From an uncultured Acidobacteriota bacterium (lineage in GTDB: Bacteria; Acidobacteriota; Thermoanaerobaculia; Thermoanaerobaculales; Sulfomarinibacteraceae), in NCBI GenBank assembly GCA_963823445.1, contig CAWGLT010000004.1, forward strand, positions 270,084 to 334,083: a DNA stretch of 64,000 nt, given 5' to 3'. The position numbers and the translations under genes were made by a program. The notes below the pieces were generated by a model. The model did no database searches. It had not been told where the DNA came from and saw only the letters and a list, made by a program, of their open reading frames with translations. Position 1 is the stretch's first letter. Every line of letters begins with the position of its first letter. Positions 19,292 to 29,100 of the stretch are shown in pieces.

Positions 19292-19951
19292 ATGGCAGAA
19301 TTCTCGATCACGGCAGTGAACGACACCCGAAACCCGAACCAGCCGGCGAACGGCGACAACTCGATTCCCAAAGGGGATGACGAGGGTCTCGTCCAGCGCA
19401 TGGCCGGCCACATGGCCGGAATCATGAGCGAGCTCAACCTCGACCTCGAAGATCCCAATTTTGCCGAAACCCCCGAGCGGGTGGCAAAGATGTATCTGGA
19501 GATGTTTCACGGTCTCCGCGAAGGCGCCGAGCCCAAGGTCACGACCTTTCCCAATGAGGGCGACTATCACCACATGGTGATCGAGAAGGAGATTCCCTTC
19601 TATTCCATGTGCGCGCATCACTTCGTGCCGTTCTACGGCCACGCTCACATCGCCTACATCCCTGGTGAGACCATCGTCGGATTGTCGAAGCTGCCGAGGA
19701 TCCTCGAGTTCTACGCCAAACGGCCGCAGCTCCAGGAGCGTCTCACCGAGCAGGTTGCCGAGTTTCTCTGGGGCAGGCTCGCGCCGCAGGGCGTGATGGT
19801 GGTCATCGAGGCCCGCCACCTCTGCGTCGAGATGCGGGGGGTCAAAAAGAGCGGGGCGCTGACCACGACGAGCGCTCTCCGCGGCTGCTTCGCCGACCGC
19901 AAGGTTCGTGAGGAGTTCCTGGCGCTCCTGAGCCGCACGACCACCTGGTAG
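19292..19951 (+). CDS. folE: GTP cyclohydrolase I
   Basis: 219-aa ORF. Has ETPERVAKMY, SMCAHHFVPFYG, VGLSKLPR, RPQLQERLT and HLCVEMRGV motifs. Confidence 0.9.
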   Translation: MAEFSITAVNDTRNPNQPANGDNSIPKGDDEGLVQRMAGHMAGIMSELNLDLEDPNFAETPERVAKMYLEMFHGLREGAEPKVTTFPNEGDYHHMVIEKEIPFYSMCAHHFVPFYGHAHIAYIPGETIVGLSKLPRILEFYAKRPQLQERLTEQVAEFLWGRLAPQGVMVVIEARHLCVEMRGVKKSGALTTTSALRGCFADRKVREEFLALLSRTTTW

Positions 19952-20051
19952 CGCAAATTTTGAATTCTCAATTTTAAATTTTGAATTACATCACAGCCCT
20001 TCCCGGGAACCTTGCGATGAAAATTGAGAATTAAGAATAAAAAATTGAGAA

Positions 20052-20510
20052 CTAGTTGGTGACTTCAAAGAAAACATAGACCCTTTCCACGGCCTTGATC
20101 TTGGCGGCCGGGAGCCTGACGGTCTCTTTCCTCTCTTTGAGGCGGCCGGCGGCGAGCTTGAACTGTTTTGTTTCGATGCGGTCGAGAGGATTGCCGTCGG
20201 CATCCTCGAGCAGGAGAATCACGAGAATCCTGGCACTCGCGCTGCTCCGATTCTCGAACTCGTTGGTGATCTCGACCTCGGCTTCGTCACCGTCAAAGAG
20301 GGTAGCTTCGTCGGGCGCCTCGATGGTGAGAAGCCGCCAGCGTACGCCCTCGACCTCGACCCTCGGCCTGAAGGTGCTGCCGAGGGTGTATGAGATGTCC
20401 TCCTGGTAGGGATTCTCGACGACCCGCCAGTCGTCGCTCTGCGCCAGGGCGGGAATCGAGATCGCGACCGTCGCAACAACGGTTGCGATCGAGACGAGGA
20501 GTCGGGACAT
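20052..20510 (-). CDS. Hypothetical secreted protein
   Basis: ORF 20052..20546. ATG 20510 gives the signal-peptide-like MSRLLVSIATVVATVAISIPALAQ. No recognisable family. Confidence 0.5.
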   Translation of the reverse strand: MSRLLVSIATVVATVAISIPALAQSDDWRVVENPYQEDISYTLGSTFRPRVEVEGVRWRLLTIEAPDEATLFDGDEAEVEITNEFENRSSASARILVILLLEDADGNPLDRIETKQFKLAAGRLKERKETVRLPAAKIKAVERVYVFFEVTN

Positions 20511-20661
20511 CGCTGACGATGCCTGGCGGTGGCGTTCGCGAGTCATTGCTCCGATTATACAGGGCCAGGCCGAGCCGAATCACGTCTGCCGGGCTTTCCC
20601 CTGAGAAGAAAACGCGGCGCCGGGCGCCGCGTTTCAGTCGAGATTCTCTGAAAAGGACCGC

Positions 20662-21576
20662 TCAACGAAGGTGAATCGTCATTCCCTTGGCGACGGCTCC
20701 GGCATCCCCGGAGGTGACGGAGCAGATCGAGAGCTTCTCTTTGACCTCGGTGACCTGGAGGGCGGCGATTTCGGTCATGTCCTCGTCGAGGACTTCGCCC
20801 GTGTCCGGATCGCGGAGGACCTCGACCTCGCCGACGGTGAAGGTCTGGCCGACAGCCACTCCTTCGCGGGAGCCGCGGTTGACATAGACCTTGTCGTCCT
20901 TGGTCATGACCACCGAGCCGGTCCACTGGATGTTCGGCAGCTGCGCCTTGATGAAGTCGACGGCCTGGGCGCAGGCCTCCTGTACGGCCAGTCCGACATT
21001 GTCGTTCTTTTCGCCGCCGAAGGCCGCTCCCCAGCTGCCGGTCGAGTAGCCGAGATTCGCGCCCTTTTTCTTGGCGACGCCGACGACGTTGGTCGAGGCC
21101 AAGACCATGCCGGTGGTCGAGTCGACGACGTAGATCGTGGCGTTGACCTCGCCCTTGCCGCCCTTCCCGCCGATGTTGAAGCCCTTGATCCGGACCCCGC
21201 CGCCGCCCGAAGCGGTGTCGTCCTGGACGTGGGTGATCGCACCCTTGACCAGCAGTTGGGCCGGGGTCATCTGACCGGTCACTGGCGCCTTGGCGCCGCC
21301 GGCGGTTCGTCCCGAGGCGGCGAAGTCCTGCTCGTCGAGGGCCGCCCCCCGCATGTCGCTCTCGCCGAGGACGATGAACTGTCCGGTCTGGTTGAGCATA
21401 TCGGTCAGGACGGTGCCCCAGGCGTCGCCGATATCCCACCGGCCGTACCACCCGGCCTGGTTTTCGAATTTTGTAACGGTGATCGAGTAGCGCAAGCCCC
21501 CCGCCGCATCCTCGGCTGCGACCGGCATGGCGAGGATCAGAAGCGTTGCAAGAACCGAGACATGCAGAGCTTTCAT
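20662..21576 (-). CDS. CsgG/HfaB family periplasmic/outer-membrane protein
   Basis: ORF 20662..21612. ATG 21576 is preceded by AAGGAG. Has the signal peptide MKALHVSVLATLLILAMPVAA. ITVTKFENQAG...LTDMLNQTGQFIVLGESDM...LDEQDFAASG matches the CsgG-family pattern. Confidence 0.6.
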   Translation of the reverse strand: MKALHVSVLATLLILAMPVAAEDAAGGLRYSITVTKFENQAGWYGRWDIGDAWGTVLTDMLNQTGQFIVLGESDMRGAALDEQDFAASGRTAGGAKAPVTGQMTPAQLLVKGAITHVQDDTASGGGGVRIKGFNIGGKGGKGEVNATIYVVDSTTGMVLASTNVVGVAKKKGANLGYSTGSWGAAFGGEKNDNVGLAVQEACAQAVDFIKAQLPNIQWTGSVVMTKDDKVYVNRGSREGVAVGQTFTVGEVEVLRDPDTGEVLDEDMTEIAALQVTEVKEKLSICSVTSGDAGAVAKGMTIHLR

Positions 21577-21736
21577 GGATTCTCCTTCCGAAGTAGCGAT
21601 AAGAGTCATCATTTTAGGGCTGCACCGAGGTCGCTGTCAAAAAGATCTCCAAGATCCCCGGTCAATCGATGGCGTGCCGTAGGAAAAAGCGGCGAGGCCT
21701 CAAGGCCTCGCCGCTTGAAGTCGAAACGGTACTGGT

Positions 21737-24004
21737 TCAGTCGTGGCCGTAACGCTGCGCCTTGCGAACGCAGAGGGCGGCCATGTTGACGATGTCGTCG
21801 ACGCCGACGCCGCGCTGGAGCACGTGGACGGGGGCGCCGATGCCGGTGAGGATCGGGCCGATGGCTTCGACCTTGCCGAGACGCCAGAGAAGCTTGTAGG
21901 CGATGTTGGCGGATTCGAGATCGGGGCAGACGAGGATGTTGGCGTCGCCGTGAATCCTCGACAGCGGGAAGTTCTCTCGCGCCAGGGCCGGATCGACGGC
22001 GGTGTCGGCCTGCATCTCGCCCTCGATGACGAGCTGCGGCCACCGTTCCTTGGCGATGGCGACGGCCTCGCGGACCTTTTCCGACCGGGCGTCGGTGTTG
22101 GACCCGAAGTTGGAGTACGAGAGCAGGGCGATCCTCGGCTCGACCTCGAAGTAGATGCGGGCGACCCGAGAGGCCATCCCGGCGATCTCCGCGAGATCTT
22201 CGGCCGAAGGATTGTGGTTGACGGTGGTGTCGGCGATGAAGAGCATCCGGTCCTCGAAGAGGAGGAGGTAGACACCGGCGGCTTTGTGGACGCCGGGAAG
22301 GGTCTTGTGGATCTGCAGAGCCGGGCGGATCGTCTCGGGGTAGGAGTGGTTGAGTCCGGCGATGAGGCCGTCGGCGTCGCCGGAGTGGACCATCATGTTG
22401 CCGAAATAGATCGGGTCGCGGAGCAGTTTTGTGGCGCCGTGCTCGGTGACCCCGTGGCGCCAGCGCATTTCGAAGAGCTTCTGGGCGTAGTCCTCGGCGT
22501 GAGAGTCCTTGAGCGGATCGATGACCACGACCGTGTCGGCGGGAACTTCATGCTCTTCCAACAGCGCGTTGACGATCTTCTTGTTGCCGAGCAGGATCGG
22601 CTGGCAGATTCCCTCGTCGGCGAGGATCTTGGCCGCCCGGACGATGCGAGGCGCTTCGCCCTCGGGGAAGACGATCTTCTTGGGGTCGAGTTTGGCGGAC
22701 TCGAAGACGACGTGCATGACCTCGTAGATCCGCGACAGCCGCGCTTCGAGCTCGCGCACATATTCCTCGCGTGAAGCGTAGGGTTTGCGGGCGACGCCGC
22801 TGGCGATGGCGGCATCGGCGACGGCGGGCGCTTCCCAGAGCAACACGCGGTGATCGAAGGGTTTGGGAATGAGATACTCGCGGCCGAACTTGATGGGGTT
22901 GCCGCCGTAGGCGCGGATCACTTTGTCCGGAACGTCCTCCTTGGCGAGGTTGGCGAGGGCCCGGGCCGCGGCGAGCTTCATCTCCTCGTTGATGTCGGTG
23001 GCGGCGACATCGAGGGCGCCGCGGAAGATGAAGGGGAAACCGAGGACGTTGTTGACCTGGTTCGGGTAGTCCGAGCGCCCGGTCGCCATGATGGCGTCAG
23101 AGCGGACCTCTGCGACCTCCTCCGGGGAAATCTCGGGATCGGGGTTGGCCATGGCGAAGATGATGGGGTTTTCGGCCATGGTCGCGACCATCTCCTTGGT
23201 CACCATTCCCTTGACCGAGACTCCGGTGAAGACATCGGCGCCGACCATGGCTTCGCTCAACGTCCGCAGCTCGGTTTCGACCGCGAAGCGTTCCTTGTAC
23301 TCGTTCATCCCCGCGGTGCGGCCCTTGAAGATGACACCCTTGGAGTCGACCATCAGGAGGTTCTCGGGTTTGACGCCGAGGGAGAGGTAGAACGTGGCGC
23401 AGGCGATCCCCGAGGCGCCGGCGCCGCAGAACACCACCTTGACCTCGTCGAGTTTCTTGCCCGCGACCTCGACGGCGTTGAGCAGGGCGGCGCCGGAAAT
23501 AATGGCGGTGCCGTGCTGATCATCGTGGAAGACCGGGATGTTACAGCTCTTCTTGAGAGCCTCTTCGATTTCGAAACACTCGGGCGCCTTGATGTCCTCG
23601 AGGTTGATCCCCCCGATGGTCGGCGCGAGCATCTCGCAGAAACGGATCACTTCTTTGGGATCCTTGGTGTCGATCTCGATGTCGAAGACGTCGATGTCGG
23701 CGAAACGCTTGAAGAGGACGCCCTTGCCCTCCATGACGGGTTTGCCGGCAAGCGCGCCGATGTCACCGAGGCCGAGCACCGCGGTGCCGTTGGAAACAAC
23801 GGCCACGAGATTGCCCTTGTTGGTGTACTCGTAGGCGAGTTCCGGGTCCTTGGCGATGTCGAGACAGGGTTCGGCGACGCCGGGCGTGTACGCCAGCGAA
23901 AGATCGCGCTGGGTGGCGCAGGGTTTGGTCGGCACGACCTGGGTCTTCCCGTGTCGTTTGCCGGTGTGGTAAGCGAGAGCTTCCTCGCGGGTGATCTTCT
24001 TCAT
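21737..24004 (-). CDS. maeB: NADP-dependent malic enzyme with C-terminal phosphotransacetylase-like domain
   Basis: 755-aa ORF. The N-terminal malic enzyme part has [10 protein letters not shown] and [10 protein letters not shown]. The C-terminal ~330 aa are PTA-like. Confidence 0.9.
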   Translation of the reverse strand: MKKITREEALAYHTGKRHGKTQVVPTKPCATQRDLSLAYTPGVAEPCLDIAKDPELAYEYTNKGNLVAVVSNGTAVLGLGDIGALAGKPVMEGKGVLFKRFADIDVFDIEIDTKDPKEVIRFCEMLAPTIGGINLEDIKAPECFEIEEALKKSCNIPVFHDDQHGTAIISGAALLNAVEVAGKKLDEVKVVFCGAGASGIACATFYLSLGVKPENLLMVDSKGVIFKGRTAGMNEYKERFAVETELRTLSEAMVGADVFTGVSVKGMVTKEMVATMAENPIIFAMANPDPEISPEEVAEVRSDAIMATGRSDYPNQVNNVLGFPFIFRGALDVAATDINEEMKLAAARALANLAKEDVPDKVIRAYGGNPIKFGREYLIPKPFDHRVLLWEAPAVADAAIASGVARKPYASREEYVRELEARLSRIYEVMHVVFESAKLDPKKIVFPEGEAPRIVRAAKILADEGICQPILLGNKKIVNALLEEHEVPADTVVVIDPLKDSHAEDYAQKLFEMRWRHGVTEHGATKLLRDPIYFGNMMVHSGDADGLIAGLNHSYPETIRPALQIHKTLPGVHKAAGVYLLLFEDRMLFIADTTVNHNPSAEDLAEIAGMASRVARIYFEVEPRIALLSYSNFGSNTDARSEKVREAVAIAKERWPQLVIEGEMQADTAVDPALARENFPLSRIHGDANILVCPDLESANIAYKLLWRLGKVEAIGPILTGIGAPVHVLQRGVGVDDIVNMAALCVRKAQRYGHD

Positions 24005-24028
24005 GTGAAGCCTCCGGAGTGGTGATCG

Positions 24029-24055
24029 TGTGAAATTCTAGCGAAGAATTTCACA
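24029..24055. promoter_or_regulatory. AT-rich 27-nt palindrome upstream of maeB (candidate operator)
   Basis: TGTGAAATTCT-agcga-AGAATTTCACA has perfect 11-nt arms. It lies 25-51 nt upstream of the maeB start at 24004 and is strikingly AT-rich in a GC-rich genome. Confidence 0.35.
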
Positions 24056-24159
24056 AGGCGGAACATAGCCCTTGAAGCTACGTGCGTCAAGGTGCAATTC
24101 CCGACCGGGATTTGCTGCAGACCTCGGTCAGGAATTGCAGATTGGGAAATGCGTGGGCT

Positions 24160-25215
24160 TCAGCGCCTCCCGTGACGTTCGCGGCCGAGTCGAATGAGCT
24201 CGTCGAGGAGGGCGGGATACGACAGTCCCGTCAAACCCCACAGTCGTGGATACATGGAAATCGAGGTGAATCCCGGGATGGTGTTGACCTCGTTGACCCA
24301 GAACTCGCCCGTGGTGCGTTCGAGGAAGAGATCAACGCGCGCCATCCCGGCGCAGCCGAGGTTCGAGTAGACCGCGAGAGCGAGACGGCGCGCCTCGGCG
24401 GTCTGCTCGGGATCGAGAGGGGCCGGCGCGTGAAGCTCGCACGAGTTGTCGAGATACTTGTCGTCATAATCGTAGAACTCGTGCCCGGAAACGACCTCGC
24501 CCGGAATCGAGGCCCGAGGTTCCAGGTCGCCGAGGACCGCGATCTCGATCTCTCGGACGTCGAGGCCGCGTTCCACCACGACGGATCTACCGTGGCTGAG
24601 AGCCGTCTCGACGGCATCGTCGAGCGCCGCCGGTTCGGACACCTTCGAGATCCCCACCGAGGACCCGAGTCTCGCCGGTTTGACAAAGAGCGGGAGCCCC
24701 AAGCCGAGGCACCGGGCTTTGAGTTCGTCGTGGGTGTCGGTCCATGATTGCCGATCGAGCTCGACCCAGGCCGGCGTCTTGAGCCCCGCCTGGACCAGAA
24801 GTCTCTTGGTCAGGGCCTTGTCCATGCACACCGCGGAGGCCGTGGGGTCGCATCCGACATAGGCGAGATCGAGGATCTCGAAGAGCCCCTGAATCGTCCC
24901 GTCTTCCCCGTAGGGTCCGTGCAGCACGGGGAAGGCAACGTCGATGCCGTCACCGAGAAGCCTCGAATCGAGCTTGCTCGTGCCGTCGAAGGCGAGGACC
25001 TCATCGGCGCGGTCGCCCGACTCGGAGAGAACCCGGGCGGCGTTCTCCGGGTCTGCCCAGAGGCCGTTGCGGTCGATGGCCATGGGGATCACCTCGTAAC
25101 GCTTACGGTCAAGAGCCCCGGCCACCGAGCGGGCCGAGACGACGCTGACGTCGTGCTCGCCCGACCGGCCGCCGAAAATGAGCGCCACCCGGAGTTTTCT
25201 GTCGGTTGCGGGCAT
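24160..25215 (-). CDS. ddl: D-alanine--D-alanine ligase
   Basis: 351-aa ORF. Has VALIFGGRSGEHDVS, HGPYGEDGTIQG and EVNTIPG motifs. Confidence 0.9.
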   Translation of the reverse strand: MPATDRKLRVALIFGGRSGEHDVSVVSARSVAGALDRKRYEVIPMAIDRNGLWADPENAARVLSESGDRADEVLAFDGTSKLDSRLLGDGIDVAFPVLHGPYGEDGTIQGLFEILDLAYVGCDPTASAVCMDKALTKRLLVQAGLKTPAWVELDRQSWTDTHDELKARCLGLGLPLFVKPARLGSSVGISKVSEPAALDDAVETALSHGRSVVVERGLDVREIEIAVLGDLEPRASIPGEVVSGHEFYDYDDKYLDNSCELHAPAPLDPEQTAEARRLALAVYSNLGCAGMARVDLFLERTTGEFWVNEVNTIPGFTSISMYPRLWGLTGLSYPALLDELIRLGRERHGRR

Positions 25216-25287
25216 GAGTGCCTCCCATGATCAATCTGCGGGTCCATTGTGACCCAGACGAGGCGGATTCTTGGCAAGTCAGAGGTT

Positions 25288-26190
25288 GCGACATCGCAAT
25301 TCAACGCAGAGCCGCAGAGGCGCAGAGACATCGCACCATCGCAGGGTTGGATCTTAAAACCCCGGCCTTCTGGACCGCCGTGACGCATTGGCGCGCCGGC
25401 GGCCTGCCTCGTAGCCGGAACAGCAGACCTCATCGCGCCTCCCGGGGGAGCGCCGACGCGGGTTGGTTCCATCGCCCACCAGACGTGGGCGCTACAAGGG
25501 GCGCTGTGATGCTTGTAGCGCCGGCGTCCCGCCGGCGATGGTGGTGTACCGATGCGGGTTGGTCTTATCGCCCACGGATACGGAAACGGCCCCTGTCCCG
25601 GTCGCTGCCGTTGTTCCGGACCCTGCCCTCATCCCCGGCCTTCTGGTCCGCCGTGACGCATTGGCGTCCCGGCGCCCCAGCGTCGCGCCATAAAGGGCGC
25701 TGCGATGTTTGTAGCGCCGGCGTCCCGCCGGCGATGGTGGTGTACCGATGCGGGTTGGTTCGATCGCTCACGGATACGGAAACGGCCTCTGTCCCGGACG
25801 CTGCCCCGGACGCTGTCCTCATCACCGGCCTTCTGGTCCGCTGTGACGCATTGGCGTCCCAGCGCCCCAGCGTCGCACCATCGGCGTGGTCGCTCGTGGG
25901 TTGACGGGGAGGGCTGCGACCACGCCGATGGCACGCCGGCGGCCTGCCTCGTTGCCGGGAGAACAGACCGCATCGCGCTCCCCGTGGGAGCCCCCCTTGA
26001 CGTTTTTCCGGTCGCGCTCAATCCGTCAGGGTGGTGGAAATGAAAAACGTCAAGGACGGCACGCCCGGTGAAGGCGAGGTCCGCGTGTCCCGCGTCGGCT
26101 TCGGTTGCGGATCCTGACGCTGCCCCGGACGCTGCCCCGGACGCTGCCCCGGTCGCTACCCCGGTCGCTGCCCCGGTCGCTGCCCCTGAT
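25288..26190. repeat. Mosaic intergenic repeat array (octamer-repeat block, ~155-nt R modules, GTAG-headed REP pairs, 12-nt tandem array)
   Basis: REP pair at 25469-25496(-)/25514-25541(+) and REP at 25710-25737. R modules start at 25363, 25636 and 25826. A cttgacgttttt/aaaaacgtcaag hairpin lies at about 25985-26060. The 12-nt array is 26116-26187 (6 units). About 92 percent identical (by eye) to modules at 49247-49745. Confidence 0.75.
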
Positions 26191-26197
26191 GGCGGAC

Positions 26198-29100
26198 TCA
26201 GGCTCCGAGCGCGTTGAGCAGCCCGAGCACCTGGTCGATCTCGGCGCCGACGAGACCCGTCGGGACCGTGATCTCGCCGGTCGGTGAGAGCAGTGCGTCC
26301 GGCCAGTTCGTCAGAACCTCGCCGAGTCTCTCGGGCGGTTCGACGGCGGGATCGAGCTTGATGCGCCAGCGTCCGCTCCTGCGCTGGACCGCGGTTGCCC
26401 CGATCCGCTGGGCCGCCAGACGAACCCCTTGCGCCCGCGCCAGCGTCTGGAGCTGCGGTGGCGGGGGGCCATAGCGATCGATGATCTCCTCGATGAGGCC
26501 GGCGATGGCGTTCTCGTCCTCGGTGGCCGAGAGTCGTTTGTAGAAGCTCAAACGCAGCTCGGGCTCGGAGATGTAGGCGTCGGGCAGCTGGAGATCGAGC
26601 CCGAGCCGAAGCTCGACCTCGCGGCGCGAAATGGCCGGTCGTCCCTCGAGTTCGGCGACCGCCTCCTCGAGCAACTGGCAGTAGGTTTCGAAACCCACGG
26701 CCTCGATAAAGCCGTGCTGTTCGGCGCCGAGGAGGTTTCCCGCGCCGCGGATCTCGAGGTCACGGGCGGCGATTCGAAAGCCCGCCCCGAGTTCGCAGAA
26801 CTCCTGGATGGCCGCGAGCCGGGCCCGCGCGGCGCCCGACAACGCCTCGCCCGATGGAACGAGAAAATAGGCATAGGCGAGCCGATCCGATCGGCCCACC
26901 CGCCCGCGGAGCTGGTAGAGCTGGGCGAGACCGAAACGGTCGGCCCGGTTGACGAGCAGGGTGTTGGCATTGGCGATGTCGAGCCCGTTCTCGATGATGG
27001 CGGTGGCAAGGAGGACATCGGCCTTGCCGTCGAGAAACGTCCGCATGGATTTCTCGAGCTGGCCCTCGGACATCTGACCGTGGCCGACAACGACCCGGGC
27101 CTCGGGCACGATCCGCTGCAGCCAGACGGCGAAGGCGCCGATGGACTTGACCCGATTGTGGACGAAGTAGACCTGACCGCCGCGCTCCATCTCGTAGAGG
27201 ATGGCCTCGCGCACGACCTCTTCGGAAAACTCGCGGACGCTGGTCTCCACCGCCTGCCGGTTGACCGGCGGCGTCTCGATGAGGGAGATGTCCCGCAGAC
27301 CGCTCATGGCCATGTTGAGAGTGCGCGGGATCGGCGTCGCGGACATGGAGACCACATCGACCTCGGTGCGCAGCCGTTTGAGCTTTTCCTTCTGGGCGAC
27401 GCCAAAACGCTGTTCCTCGTCGAGGACGACGAGGCCGAGATCGCGGAAACGAACATCGGAGCCGAGCAGCCGGTGGGTCCCGATGACGACGTCGACTCGA
27501 CCCTGAGCGAGCTCTTCGAGGGTCTGCCTGGCCTGTGCGGACGAGACAAACCGGGAGAGCATGCGGATTTCGACGGGGAATCCGGAAAACCGGCGCTGAA
27601 AGGTCTCGAGGTGCTGGCCGACGAGGATCGTCGTCGGGGCGAGGACCGCAACCTGTTTGCCTTCGAGGACCGTTTTGAAGGCGGCGCGGATGGCGACCTC
27701 GGTCTTGCCGTAACCGACATCGCCGCAGAGGAGGCGATCCATCGGCCGGTCCGACTCCATGTCCTTCTTGATCTCCGAGACGGATCTTTCCTGGTCGTGG
27801 GTGAGATCGTATTCGAAAGCATCTTCGAACTCGTGCTGCCACGGGGAGTCGGGCGAGAACTGGAAACCGCGCGCACCCCGTCGCACGGCCGCCAGACGGA
27901 GCAGCGCGGCCGCCATTTCGCGGACCGCCTTTTTGACCCGCGCCTTGCGTTTGGCCCAGGTCGATCCTCCGAGCCGGTCGAGCTGGGGGCCGGTCTCGCC
28001 GTCCCCAGATGCGTACTTCTGGATGAGATCGGCGCGTTCGACGGGAACCAGGAGATTGTCGCCACCCCGGTAGGCGAGAACCAGCATCTCGAGCTCGCGG
28101 TCTTCCACCACCACCCGGCGGAACCCGTCGAATCGCCCGATGCCGTGATCGAGGTGGATCACGGTGTCGCCGGGCCGGAGATCGCGGAGATCGGAGACGA
28201 ACGCGGCAGCGCCGCCGCTTTGGCGACGTGGCGGCGGCGCGGCGGTGAGATCTCGTCGACCGTAGACCGCGAGACCGTCGCGAATGACAAATCCGTGCTG
28301 AATGCCTCCCACGACGATGGAGACCTCGCCCACCGCCGGGGGTTCCGCCACCGGCGCGATGTCTCCCTCCTTCAGGAGATGTTCGAAACGTCGAGCCTCG
28401 CCTTTCGAGGCGACCACCAGGATCTGGGTCAGATCCTGGGCCCGGCGGTTGCGCAGGGTGGGGACGAGATCGGGGATCCGCCGGGAGAAATCCTCCATGG
28501 GACTGGCCGCGATCCGCCACCATTTGGTTTCGCCATCGACCACCTCGAGTTGCTCGAGGCGGAGATCGGCGGTCTCGAGTCGACGGGATGTCTCATCGAC
28601 GTCGAGGAGGATCCGATCGGGTGGCGGCAGAGCGAAGGAGCGCCCCTCGAGGGTCTTCCACTCGCGATCCTGGACCTGTCGCCAGCGGTGGAGCTCTCCG
28701 ACCGCGTCGTCGCGATCGCAGAGGACCGTGACATCGGCGAGATCGAGCCAGCTCGTGACCTCGTCTTCGAGGTGGAGGGCCGACCACCAGAGACGTCTCT
28801 CGGCGCCCGAACGCATGGCTTCCGCCAGCGCCGGCCATTCGGGTGCGAGGGTGTCAGACACCACCGCGAGCCGTTCGGGTTCGGCCGGAAACGGATCGAG
28901 GGGGTAGAGCGAGATTTCACCGAGGGCTTCGCCGGTGGTGCGCTGGCTCGCCGCGTCGAAGCGGAGGATCTCGTCGATCCGATCGTCATCGAGGACGATC
29001 CGGAGCGCGCGGTCGCCGCCGTCGTGAATATCGACCACCCATCCCCGGATCGCGAAGTCGCCGGCCTCCTCGACGAGATCGACCCGGCGATAACCGGCCG

